A stretch of 51,842 bases of DNA from assembly GCA_018818265.1 (NCBI GenBank), contig JAHISN010000078.1, positions 1 through 51,842 of the forward strand, written 5' to 3'. The first letter of the stretch is position 1. The number at the start of each line of letters is the position of its first letter. The stretch is from Patescibacteria group bacterium. Its GTDB lineage: Bacteria; Patescibacteriota; 4484-211. Below the pieces are notes generated by a model. It had not been told where the DNA came from. It worked only from the letters and a program-made list of their open reading frames with translations, and did no database searches. The position numbers and the translations under genes were made by a program. Positions 7,437 through 15,941 of this stretch are shown piece by piece.

Positions 7437-7459
7437 GCGAAATGAATTTCGCTACTACA
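7437..7459 (-). repeat. REP-like 23-nt hairpin (stem GCGAAAT)
   Basis: GCGAAAT-GA-ATTTCGC followed by TACTACA. Confidence 0.85.
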
Positions 7460-7494
7460 AAATATTACCTTTTGTTTTGAGTTAGCTGTAGCTA

Positions 7495-9144
7495 CTACTT
7501 ACGAATATCTTTTATTTTCGCCTCCACGCTTGGTAATTCAAAGTAATCGTTCTCCTCCAGTTGATAGGCTACATCAACTGACTCCCCTTCATTAATTTCT
7601 TGGTTTAAATGACCCAAAGAAAAACCAATAGCAGAAATAGCCGTACCCGTTTCCGGGTCCTGCAAATTTAGTTTGAGATGCCGCCCGTCACTGCCAACGG
7701 TGCGGATATTAAAAGCGCGAACCTGGCGGCTGGCAAAAACCGGGGATGGGTTGCCAATCCCGTGCGGTTCCAATTTTTTGAGCAAATCAACAAGTTCCAA
7801 ACCCGCCTGCGGCAGTTCAAGTTCAAGGTCAATTTTCAAGACGGGCTTGCTCTCCCGCAATGAAGTTTCTTTTTGCCCTAACTCTTGCACCCGCTGGCGG
7901 AATTCATCTAAGTGCTTGGTACGTAGACTAAACCCGGCGGCCATAGCGTGCCCACCGCAACCAATAAGTAAGTCATCCGCTTGATGTAAAAAGTCAACAA
8001 TGTTAAAACCTTTTATTGACCGGGCCGAACCTTTGGAAACCTCTTCCTTTTGAGAAATAGCCAAGGAAGGTAAAAAGAATTTTTCAGTAACCTTTGCGGC
8101 AATTAAACCAATAATGCCTTCGGGCCAGTCGGAATGAGTCAAAACTAGAATGTTTTGCATCTCCGTATCAACCATTTTTTCGGCCTGACTGGTTGCCTGC
8201 ATAGTCAGATCCTGACGGCGGGAGTTGAGCTCTTCCAAATGTTGAGCCAGCTGGCGTGCCAGGTCACGATTGTGAGTGGCTAGTAAACGCAGACTGTCTA
8301 AAGCGTGGCCTAGGCGGCCCGAAGCATTGAGCCGCGGCCCAATAAGCCATCCCAGGTGATAGGGTGTAAATTCCTTGCCGTCAATTTTTGCCAGTTGGTA
8401 AAGCTCTTGCAGACCAGGGCGGGCGGTTTGGGATAAAATTTTTAATCCCTCAGCCACTAGCCCGCGGTTGTAACCAGTTAGGGGAACACAATCGGCCACT
8501 GTGGCTAGTGAAACCAGTTCCAAAAACTCCTCGGCGCTGGAATTCAGCAAACGAGCAGACAGTAACCAGGCAACGCCAGCGCCGCTCAGTTCGGTAGTAT
8601 GTAAAAGAGCATCTACGGAAGGCAGGCGCGCAGGCGGCAAATGATGATCAGTTAGAATAACTTGCCCACCATCATGTCGGAACTTCTCTAATTCTTTTGC
8701 GGAAGAAATACCGCAGTCCACAGTAATAAGTAATGGCGGCTGAACAGAAAGGCTCCGGCTAACTTTTTTAACTTCCTGCAGTGAAGCAGTTGAAATTCCA
8801 TAACCATGTTTCTCGCGGTGAGGAATTAGCGGCCGCACCAAAGGATAATTGAGACGACGATACAAAGTTTCCCATAGAATTGCAGTCGCGCAAATTCCGT
8901 CCACATCATAGTCGCCGTGAATAACAATGGGCCGATTTTGCCTAATTGCCTGATTAACTAATCCTTCGGCCTTAACCAGTTCAGCTTCGCTAAGCAATTG
9001 ACTAACCAGTTGCTGATTTACCTGCGGGTTTAAAAACTCCTCGCTCATTGATTCATTAACTCCGCGGTTTTTCAAAAGCAGATGTAAGATTTTTTCGGGG
9101 GAGAGATTTTGCGTTGGGGTAGGGTTGATAATCTGCCAGTACAC
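7495..9144 (-). CDS. recJ: Single-stranded-DNA-specific exonuclease RecJ
   Basis: DHH motif IHGDYDVDGICATAIL, DHH/DHHA1 architecture, GTG start. Confidence 0.9.
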   Translation of the reverse strand: MYWQIINPTPTQNLSPEKILHLLLKNRGVNESMSEEFLNPQVNQQLVSQLLSEAELVKAEGLVNQAIRQNRPIVIHGDYDVDGICATAILWETLYRRLNYPLVRPLIPHREKHGYGISTASLQEVKKVSRSLSVQPPLLITVDCGISSAKELEKFRHDGGQVILTDHHLPPARLPSVDALLHTTELSGAGVAWLLSARLLNSSAEEFLELVSLATVADCVPLTGYNRGLVAEGLKILSQTARPGLQELYQLAKIDGKEFTPYHLGWLIGPRLNASGRLGHALDSLRLLATHNRDLARQLAQHLEELNSRRQDLTMQATSQAEKMVDTEMQNILVLTHSDWPEGIIGLIAAKVTEKFFLPSLAISQKEEVSKGSARSIKGFNIVDFLHQADDLLIGCGGHAMAAGFSLRTKHLDEFRQRVQELGQKETSLRESKPVLKIDLELELPQAGLELVDLLKKLEPHGIGNPSPVFASRQVRAFNIRTVGSDGRHLKLNLQDPETGTAISAIGFSLGHLNQEINEGESVDVAYQLEENDYFELPSVEAKIKDIRK

Positions 9145-9153
9145 CGTGACAGT

Positions 9154-9182
9154 AGTATAGCATTAACTTTTTCTGCTATACT
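9154..9182. promoter_or_regulatory. Divergent extended -10 promoters formed by a perfect 9-bp inverted repeat
   Basis: AGTATAGCA (9154-9162) and TGCTATACT (9174-9182) are inverted copies. Each TGcTATACT lies 9 nt upstream of a start codon: recJ GTG 9144 and antiporter ATG 9192. Confidence 0.5.
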
Positions 9183-9191
9183 GTTCCTCGT

Positions 9192-10145
9192 ATGATGCTT
9201 TTCCACTTATTAATTTTACTAATTTCTTCTCTAGCCCTGATTCAGGCAACGATCAAAATTATCCACGCGCTGGAGAAAATATCGCATTTCTTTGCCCTGC
9301 GTGATTTTTCTATCGCCTTTATTCTTATGGCGGTAGCCACTTCCCTGCCAGAACTTTTTGTTGGTATTACCAGCGCGGTAGCCGACGCGCCAGCTCTGTC
9401 CTTAGGAAATGTCCTGGGTTCAAACATTGTAAATTTAACACTGGTTATCGGGCTTGTTGTGCTTGTGAGCGGCGGGATTAATGCCCGCAGTATTATTGTG
9501 CGCCGTGACGCTCTTTACATGGCTGTTTTTGCTACCGTGCCGATTCTAATGCTCTTAGATGGGCTCTTTTCCCGCATCGATTCCATCATTGTTTTAGTCT
9601 TTTACTTCTTATATCTAACACGACTTCTGTCTCAGCGAACTGCCTTTAAGGAACGTCACAACCATGTTACGGCCAAAGAGGCACTACTTAATTTTTGGAT
9701 TTTTATAGCTGGGGTGGCCGTCCTGCTTTTGTCTGCGGAAGGTATTGTTTTTGCCTCGAAGCGGATTGCTCTGGATTTAGGAATTGCTCTCAGCCTGGTA
9801 GGAATGTTTTTCGTTTCTCTGGGAACTTCTTTGCCGGAAATTGTTTTTGAACTAAAAGCAGTTAAAAGGAATCAATCCGGCCTGGCTCTTGGTGATTTAG
9901 TGGGCAGTGTAGTAGCTAATGCTACGTTGGTGCTCGGAGTCACTGGACTGATACGCCCAATTGAGGTTGATTTTTTGAATGTATTTTTAGCGCCAGTTAT
10001 CTATCTGCTTGTTGCGTTACTGATTTTTGAAGTTTTTGTGCGCACAGATAAAAAACTGGTCAGTTGGGAAGGGTTGCTTCTGGTCCTGATGTATATTATG
10101 TTTTTGCTTACCGAAATCGGCCTTCAGTACTATCGCCCAGTCTAA
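9192..10145 (+). CDS. Ca2+/cation antiporter (CaCA family, YrbG-like)
   Basis: Two alpha-repeat motifs, GNVLGSNIVNLTLVIG and GDLVGSVVANATLVLG, in a polytopic membrane protein. Confidence 0.85.
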   Translation: MMLFHLLILLISSLALIQATIKIIHALEKISHFFALRDFSIAFILMAVATSLPELFVGITSAVADAPALSLGNVLGSNIVNLTLVIGLVVLVSGGINARSIIVRRDALYMAVFATVPILMLLDGLFSRIDSIIVLVFYFLYLTRLLSQRTAFKERHNHVTAKEALLNFWIFIAGVAVLLLSAEGIVFASKRIALDLGIALSLVGMFFVSLGTSLPEIVFELKAVKRNQSGLALGDLVGSVVANATLVLGVTGLIRPIEVDFLNVFLAPVIYLLVALLIFEVFVRTDKKLVSWEGLLLVLMYIMFLLTEIGLQYYRPV

Positions 10146-10196
10146 CCTCAGTTATTGTACGTCATGGGAAGCAGAATAATTTCAGAAAACTAATAA

Positions 10197-10225
10197 TTGC
10201 AATCCTGATAATTCTTTGTTACAAT
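10197..10225 (+). promoter_or_regulatory. Sigma70-type promoter of the rplC operon
   Basis: TTGCAA, 17-nt spacer, TACAAT. Confidence 0.55.
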
Positions 10226-10362
10226 ACGCACCGCTCATGAAAATGCTCATGCGCCATCTGAATATTAATATCTCTAAACGAGTTAGGAGTTCATTTTTTA
10301 GACGAACGGGGATGTTTTAGTCTTCCCTTCGTGTATATTTGCATTACGCTGATACTTTTGGC

Positions 10363-10390
10363 GGCAGAGCTCTGGCTCTGTCTTTTTTTT
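10363..10390 (+). terminator. Intrinsic-terminator-like hairpin plus U8 in the rplC leader (candidate attenuator)
   Basis: 8-bp stem (GGCAGAGC/GCTCTGTC with one G-U pair), tetraloop TCTG, then T8 ending 1 nt before ATG 10392. Confidence 0.55.
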
Positions 10391-10391
10391 T

Positions 10392-11009
10392 ATGATTAAA
10401 TCACTACTCGGCAAGAAAGTTGAAATGTCTCAGGTTTTCCTTGATGACGGGACAGTAGCACCCGTGACAATTCTAACTGTAGGCCCTTGTTGGATAACTC
10501 AGATTAAAACCTTAGATACCGACGGATATTCAGCTATCCAAATTGGTTACGGTCGAAAAAAAAGGCCAGTCCGTGCTATGCTCGGGCACTGTAAAAAGTG
10601 TGGGGTTACCCCACGTTTTTTTCGAGAGATAGAATTGGACGAGGAGGAAAAAGCCAAGGTCGGCGATGAGTGCAGGGTGGCTGATGTTTTTTCTGTAGGC
10701 GAGAAGGTTAGCATTACGGGAATTTCTAAGGGCAAGGGATTCGCCGGGGTAGTCAAACGCTGGGGATTCCACGGGGGTCCCAAAACTCACGGCCAAAGTA
10801 CCACCCATCGTTCTGCCGGCTCTATAGGTTCTCAAGGTGTAGGGCGAGTCTTTAAAGGAAAGAAAATGCCCGGCCGTATGGGACGGGACAAAATTACAGT
10901 CAAGGGGCTAGAGGTGATTGAGATTGATAAAAAGACTAACTTGATTAAAATAAAGGGAGCAGTACCGGGAAATCGACATGGTCTCGTAATTGTTAAGAAA
11001 GAGACCTAA
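10392..11009 (+). CDS. rplC: 50S ribosomal protein L3
   Basis: MIKSLLGKKVEMSQVF...FKGKKMPGRMG, plus operon position. Confidence 0.95.
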   Translation: MIKSLLGKKVEMSQVFLDDGTVAPVTILTVGPCWITQIKTLDTDGYSAIQIGYGRKKRPVRAMLGHCKKCGVTPRFFREIELDEEEKAKVGDECRVADVFSVGEKVSITGISKGKGFAGVVKRWGFHGGPKTHGQSTTHRSAGSIGSQGVGRVFKGKKMPGRMGRDKITVKGLEVIEIDKKTNLIKIKGAVPGNRHGLVIVKKET

Positions 11010-11095
11010 TCTAACTCTGGGGCCGCCTAGAATCACCTTGAATATACGGTATGGACAAACCGTAATTTTACGCTTTGCGTTCTGTCTATATTTTT

Positions 11096-11716
11096 ATGCA
11101 AACCGAACTTATAAATCAAAAAGGAAAATCAATTGGGAAAGTAGATCTAAACCCTGTTATCTTCGGGGCCAAAATTAATCTTAACCTAATGGCACAGGCA
11201 GTGCGGGTTTATCAGTTTAATAATCGCAGGGGGACCGTAAAAACTAAGGCTCGTGGCGAAGTTAGGGGTGGAGGAATTAAACCTTGGCGGCAAAAAGGTA
11301 CTGGGCGAGCTCGTCACGGGTCTCGCCGTTCCCCAATTTGGGTTGGCGGAGGTCATGGTCATGCTAAAATACCCCGTGATTATAGTTTAATAATGCCCAG
11401 GAAGATGCGGCGCAAAGCTTTGTTTTCGGCTATGTCCGCTCAGCTCAAAAACAATAATTTGCTTGTAGTTGACAAAATAGGTCTTAAAAAAATTAGCTCC
11501 AGGGAAGCAGCTCAGATGCTAAAAGCCTTATCGGGAGACACAAAAACACTAATTGTACTTCCGGAAAGCAACCCTATTTTGGAAAATTCAATTCGAAACA
11601 TTCCTTCGGCAAGAACACGCCTGGCGAGAATGTTAAATACGTACGAGATATTGAATTGTGCAAAACTAGTTTTACTGAAGGATAGTATTGAAGTTATGGA
11701 AAAGACATTTTTGTAG
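11096..11716 (+). CDS. rplD: 50S ribosomal protein L4
   Basis: KPWRQKGTGRARHGSRRSPIWVGGGHGH. ATG 11096 is preferred over the TTG at 11075. Confidence 0.93.
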   Translation: MQTELINQKGKSIGKVDLNPVIFGAKINLNLMAQAVRVYQFNNRRGTVKTKARGEVRGGGIKPWRQKGTGRARHGSRRSPIWVGGGHGHAKIPRDYSLIMPRKMRRKALFSAMSAQLKNNNLLVVDKIGLKKISSREAAQMLKALSGDTKTLIVLPESNPILENSIRNIPSARTRLARMLNTYEILNCAKLVLLKDSIEVMEKTFL

Positions 11717-11754
11717 AGTGCGTTTAAATGTGAAACACTCAAAAAACAAACACC

Positions 11755-12063
11755 ATGAAAATTAACGAAGTAATCATAAAACCAGTTCTTACAGAAAAAT
11801 CTAGTTCGCATGTGGCACGAAATCAATACACTTTCGAGGTATACCGAAAAGCCACCAAGCTAGATATTACCAGGGTGGTAGAAGAATTATTCGGCGTGGA
11901 AGTTTACAAAGTTCGGGTTATCAATCGTCGCGGTAAACGCAAACATGTTGGGCGGACCCGTCGGGAAAAAACCATGCCATCTAGGAGATTTGCTGTTATA
12001 ACTATCAATCCGAAGCAGAAAATCGACCTATTCGAAGTAGAAGAAGAATCGGCAGGCAAATGA
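11755..12063 (+). CDS. rplW: 50S ribosomal protein L23
   Basis: IIKPVLTEKSS and synteny. Confidence 0.93.
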   Translation: MKINEVIIKPVLTEKSSSHVARNQYTFEVYRKATKLDITRVVEELFGVEVYKVRVINRRGKRKHVGRTRREKTMPSRRFAVITINPKQKIDLFEVEEESAGK

Positions 12064-12082
12064 AAGTTTAATGTGAAAACCT

Positions 12083-12901
12083 ATGGCAATCAAACGATAC
12101 AAACCCACATCCCCTGGCCAGAGACAGCGGGTATCAATAGATTATAGTGAACTGGACAAAATTAAGCCGCTTAAGTCCAAGACGCGGATACTGCCTAAGA
12201 AGTCCGGCCGATCCGGGGGCAAAATCACCGTGCGTCATCAGGGCGGTAGGAACAAACGCTTATATCGCACGATTGATTTCGTCCGCCGCGATAAGGAAGG
12301 CGTGCCATCAAAAGTTGCCTATTTGGAGTATGACCCCAACCGCACAGCCTTTATTGCACGCCTGCATTACACTGACGGGGAGAAACGGTACATTGTCGCC
12401 CCGGACGGGTTAAAAAGGGACGACATCGTTAGTTCTGGGGATAAAGCACCGATAAAGCCTGGCAACGCCAAGACATTAGAGAAAATGCCTCAGGGAACGA
12501 TAATTCACAATATCGAAATGGAGCCAGGCAGGGGAGCTCAAATCGTCCGTTCGGCAGGTCAGTGTGCGCAGCTTATGTCCACAGACGGAAAGTATTCACA
12601 AGTAAAACTGCCTTCTGGTGAGACTCGTTTGTTTTTAAAGAAATGTTATGCTACCATTGGGCAGGTCAGCAACCCAGACCACGGATTAATTAAGCTAGGC
12701 AAGGCTGGACGTTCCCGCCATCGCGGGATTCGTCCTTCAGTGAGAGGCGTGGCCATGCCAGCGGGCGTACACCCACATGGTGGAGGAGAAGGTCATACCG
12801 GCACAGGTCGCAACCCAAGAACCATTTATGGCAAACCTGCGGCGGGAAAAACAAGGAAGCGCAAGAAAAGTGACAAATTGATAGTTAAAAGGAAAAAGTG
12901 A
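12083..12901 (+). CDS. rplB: 50S ribosomal protein L2
   Basis: [14 protein letters not shown]...[10 protein letters not shown]. Confidence 0.97.
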   Translation: MAIKRYKPTSPGQRQRVSIDYSELDKIKPLKSKTRILPKKSGRSGGKITVRHQGGRNKRLYRTIDFVRRDKEGVPSKVAYLEYDPNRTAFIARLHYTDGEKRYIVAPDGLKRDDIVSSGDKAPIKPGNAKTLEKMPQGTIIHNIEMEPGRGAQIVRSAGQCAQLMSTDGKYSQVKLPSGETRLFLKKCYATIGQVSNPDHGLIKLGKAGRSRHRGIRPSVRGVAMPAGVHPHGGGEGHTGTGRNPRTIYGKPAAGKTRKRKKSDKLIVKRKK

Positions 12902-12914
12902 CAGCTTTTTTAAT

Positions 12915-13205
12915 ATGTCGAGATCTGCAAAAAAGGGACCCTACATGGATCCCAAACTACTAAAAAAAATAGCTAAGATGGAAAAGGAGGGACGGCGAGA
13001 CGTTATCAAAACTTGGGCGCGGGGCTCGGACATTTCGCCCGAAATGGTTGGACACCGACTCGCTATACACAACGGCAAGCAGTTCATCGAGATATTAGTT
13101 ATCGAAAGCATGGTCGGTCATAAACTCGGAGAATTTTCTCCAACACGCAAATTTATTTCGCACAGCAGGAAAGGTTATATAAAACCGGTCGAACCAAAAG
13201 AATAG
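12915..13205 (+). CDS. rpsS: 30S ribosomal protein S19
   Basis: [18 protein letters not shown]...HNGKQFIEI. Confidence 0.96.
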   Translation: MSRSAKKGPYMDPKLLKKIAKMEKEGRRDVIKTWARGSDISPEMVGHRLAIHNGKQFIEILVIESMVGHKLGEFSPTRKFISHSRKGYIKPVEPKE

Positions 13206-13254
13206 CAAGAAGCAGATTCTCTAAACTGCTTGTGCTTCGAACATTTAACTAGAA

Positions 13255-13608
13255 ATGCCAAATAAAGCAAACACAACTGAGATAATTGCGACAGCGAAAT
13301 ATATTCGTCAATCTCCTCGTAAAATAATGGCGGTGGCAAATTTAGTTCGAGACTTACCACTAATAGAGGCTACAGAACAGCTTGAGGTCAGCATAAAGAG
13401 AGCGGCACAACCCTTGTATAAGGTTTTAATGTCGGCCATCGCGAATGCTAAGAACAATTTTGGATTTGAAATTGAGAATTTAAATATTAAAGCATTGCAG
13501 ATTTCGCCCGGCCCAACCATTAAACGTGTTAGCGCCAGGGCAAAAGGCAGAAGTGATGTCATTAAAAAGAGGAGTTCGCACATAAGGGTTGTATTGGAAA
13601 AGAAGTAA
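13255..13608 (+). CDS. rplV: 50S ribosomal protein L22
   Basis: AKYIRQSPRKIMAVANLVR and synteny. Confidence 0.93.
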   Translation: MPNKANTTEIIATAKYIRQSPRKIMAVANLVRDLPLIEATEQLEVSIKRAAQPLYKVLMSAIANAKNNFGFEIENLNIKALQISPGPTIKRVSARAKGRSDVIKKRSSHIRVVLEKK

Positions 13609-13641
13609 AAATTGTTTTACATCACTTATAATTCTCATTAA

Positions 13642-14301
13642 ATGGGACAGAAAACAAATGCCTTGGGCTTTAGACTACAAATAAATAAAAATTGGAAATC
13701 TCGCTGGTATTGTGATCCACATTCTTATGCCGATCAGGTTTTGCAAGACCTCACAATCCGGCGGTTGTTGACCGAAGAGCTTAAAGCGGCTGGGATTGTT
13801 CGTATAGAAATCGAGCGGACAAGTAACGACCTAACTGTTGATATGCGCGTTGCCCGACCGGGCGTGGTTATTGGTAAAGGCGGGAAACGTATTGAGGAAC
13901 TGAAAAGAAATATTCGGGACGTTATCGGCAAAGAAGTAAAATTGCGCTTTGATGTAAAACAGATAAGAAAATCCGAAGTCTCGGCGCGGTTATTGGCCGA
14001 AGACATTAGCCGCCAGTTGGAAAGGCGAGGTTCCTACAAACGTATAATCAGTAAAGTTATTGAGAAAACGATGGACCAAAGTCGTATTGCCGGCATCGAA
14101 ATTGTCATAAGCGGGCGACTGAACGGAGTTCGAATTGCTCGGACAGAAAAGAAATCCTCCGGTAGTATACCAATGCAGACTATCTCGGCAGATATTGATT
14201 ATTATCAATCGGAAGCTCAAACTAAATACGGCTTGCTCGGAGTTAAAGTCTGGCTGCACAAGAAGGAAATTGATGATTCTATGGAGAACCCCGCGCTATG
14301 A
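13642..14301 (+). CDS. rpsC: 30S ribosomal protein S3
   Basis: MGQKTNALGFRLQINKNWKSRWY and a KH domain. Confidence 0.96.
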   Translation: MGQKTNALGFRLQINKNWKSRWYCDPHSYADQVLQDLTIRRLLTEELKAAGIVRIEIERTSNDLTVDMRVARPGVVIGKGGKRIEELKRNIRDVIGKEVKLRFDVKQIRKSEVSARLLAEDISRQLERRGSYKRIISKVIEKTMDQSRIAGIEIVISGRLNGVRIARTEKKSSGSIPMQTISADIDYYQSEAQTKYGLLGVKVWLHKKEIDDSMENPAL

Positions 14302-14306
14302 TAGCT

Positions 14307-14337
14307 ATGCGCTACGCAATGCTGACATCGCGTGGAA
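14307..14337. repeat. Fragment of the GC-rich REP-like palindrome in the rpsC-rplP spacer
   Basis: ATGCGCTACGCAATGCTG plus CATCGCGTGGAA match 6977-7017 apart from an internal deletion. Confidence 0.8.
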
Positions 14338-14362
14338 ACACGAGGATTCTTATTTATAAGTT

Positions 14363-14785
14363 ATGATGGAACCCAAGAGACTCAAATACAGAAGACACTT
14401 TCGCGGGCGGCGAAAGGGACTAGCTCAGCGTGGGCAGTTCATTGATTTTGGCGACATTGGTTTAAAAGCGCTAGGTCGCGGCTGGCTTAAATCAAACCAG
14501 ATCGAGGCGGCCCGCAAAGCTATTCGGAATTATACCAAGCGCTCCGGTAAGTTATGGATACGCGTTTTCCCGAACAAGCCGGTTACAAAAAAGCCTCCCG
14601 AGGTTCGTATGGGCGCTGGGAAAGGGCCGCTTAGTCATTATGTGGCTGTAATCCGTCCGGGAGCTATCCTTTTTGAATTAGCAGGTATTGAAAAAGAAAC
14701 TGCTAAAGAAGCCTTACGACTGGCACAGCACAAATTACCAATTAGAACAAAAGTTGTTACCAAAGACGGCGAATTAAGGGTATAA
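14363..14785 (+). CDS. rplP: 50S ribosomal protein L16
   Basis: [16 protein letters not shown]...RMGAGKG. Confidence 0.96.
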   Translation: MMEPKRLKYRRHFRGRRKGLAQRGQFIDFGDIGLKALGRGWLKSNQIEAARKAIRNYTKRSGKLWIRVFPNKPVTKKPPEVRMGAGKGPLSHYVAVIRPGAILFELAGIEKETAKEALRLAQHKLPIRTKVVTKDGELRV

Positions 14786-14795
14786 ACTGACACTC

Positions 14796-15014
14796 ATGAC
14801 AAAAAGGCAAGAGCAACTACAACAATTAAAAGCCATGGCAACCTCTCAGCTAAAATCTGAGGAGCAGAAAATTCGAAAAGGCTTAACCAATCTGCGCATT
14901 GATCTTAATATGGGACGATTAAAAGATACCAGTAAAATTAAAAAGGAAAAGAAAAAATTAGCGCGTGTACTAACGATACTTAACGAAAAACGCAGGGAAG
15001 AGGATAATAGTTAA
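14796..15014 (+). CDS. rpmC: 50S ribosomal protein L29
   Basis: Size, helical K/E-rich sequence, synteny. Confidence 0.88.
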   Translation: MTKRQEQLQQLKAMATSQLKSEEQKIRKGLTNLRIDLNMGRLKDTSKIKKEKKKLARVLTILNEKRREEDNS

Positions 15015-15090
15015 TTGATTAACTAGGTAATTAGTTAATTTGTTAACCAGTTAACCAATTACCTAATTAACGGGCAGACGAAGTCTGCCC
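15011..15090 (+). repeat. TAGGTAATTAG-word inverted repeat followed by an 8-bp GC hairpin
   Basis: TTAACTAGGTAATTAGTT pairs with AACCAATTACCTAATTAA. GGGCAGAC-GAA-GTCTGCCC lies at 15072-15090, 10 nt before the rpsQ ATG. Confidence 0.8.
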
Positions 15091-15100
15091 ACTCAAAACC

Positions 15101-15337
15101 ATGTCTCGAAAAAAAGTTACCGGAACAGTTACCTCCAACAAAATGCAAAAGACAGTTGTCGTTGAGGCTGAGCGGCTGGTTAAACACCCGCGTTATCACA
15201 AATACATACGACGGCGCAAGAAGTTCTATGCTCATTGTGAAAAGCTAATTGATATGGGAACCAAAGTAGTTATCGAAGAAACAAGACCATTATCGAAAAC
15301 AAAGAGGTGGAGGGTAATATGTGTAGTTAAAAAATAG
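15101..15337 (+). CDS. rpsQ: 30S ribosomal protein S17
   Basis: [28 protein letters not shown]. Confidence 0.95.
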   Translation: MSRKKVTGTVTSNKMQKTVVVEAERLVKHPRYHKYIRRRKKFYAHCEKLIDMGTKVVIEETRPLSKTKRWRVICVVKK

Positions 15338-15483
15338 AAGTTAAAAGTGAAAAGTTGCTGAAGTTTACCAGAGTTTAGAAGTTGTCTAATCCGTGGTTGC
15401 AAACACCCATTAAGCACCATGAGGGTTTCTTTGAATATAACATTTCTAACTTTTAACTTTTCATTTTTAACTTTTAACTTGAA
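15337..15483 (+). repeat. Long imperfect hairpin built of AAGTTAAAAGT words (rpsQ-rplN spacer)
   Basis: Left arm GAAGTTAAAAGTGAAAAGTTG. Right arm CTAACTTTTAACTTTTCATTTTTAACTTTTAACTTG, ending 2 nt before ATG 15484. Confidence 0.8.
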
Positions 15484-15852
15484 ATGATCCAAACTCATAG
15501 TCGATTAAATGTTACAGATAATAGCGGAGCCAGAGAGGTTATGTGCCTCTCCATTCCCGGGCACAGCAGAAAAGTTTATGCTGGTATTGGAGATATTATT
15601 TCAGCCGTAGTTAAATTGGCTTCTCCAAATGGGACTGTTTCCAAGGCCGAGATTGTAAGAGCTCTAATAGTACGAACAAGAAAAGAAAAACGTCGCACGG
15701 ACGGTTCTCATGTGCGTTTTGATGATAACGCAGTGGTGATTATTGACAAAAAGAGAAACCCCGTCGGGACACGCGTCTTTGGTCCAATTGCTCGAGAAAT
15801 CAAAAACCTAGGTTATGATAAGATTGCATCTTTGGCACCGGAAATCGTATGA
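15484..15852 (+). CDS. rplN: 50S ribosomal protein L14
   Basis: MIQTHSRLNVTDNSGAREVMC. Confidence 0.97.
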   Translation: MIQTHSRLNVTDNSGAREVMCLSIPGHSRKVYAGIGDIISAVVKLASPNGTVSKAEIVRALIVRTRKEKRRTDGSHVRFDDNAVVIIDKKRNPVGTRVFGPIAREIKNLGYDKIASLAPEIV

Positions 15853-15860
15853 TTTGCTTT

Positions 15861-15941
15861 CTAGCCTTTTAGCTTCGCTAGCTTATTAGGAATACCTAGT
15901 GAAGCTAGTAAGTTAATGAAGCTAATGAAGCTAATGAAGCT
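15861..15941 (+). repeat. AGCT-word hairpin (rplN-rplX spacer)
   Basis: Left arm CTAGCCTTTTAGCTTCGCTAGCTTATTAGG. Right arm CCTAGTGAAGCTAGTAAGTTAATGAAGCTAATGAAGCTAATGAAGCT, running into ATG 15942. Confidence 0.85.

Noticed and set aside
12061-12063. An alternative genetic code with TGA recoded, as in some CPR-related lineages.
   Set aside because: TGA terminates conserved genes at the expected ends (for example rplW, rpsC and rpsD) and no conserved gene contains an in-frame TGA.
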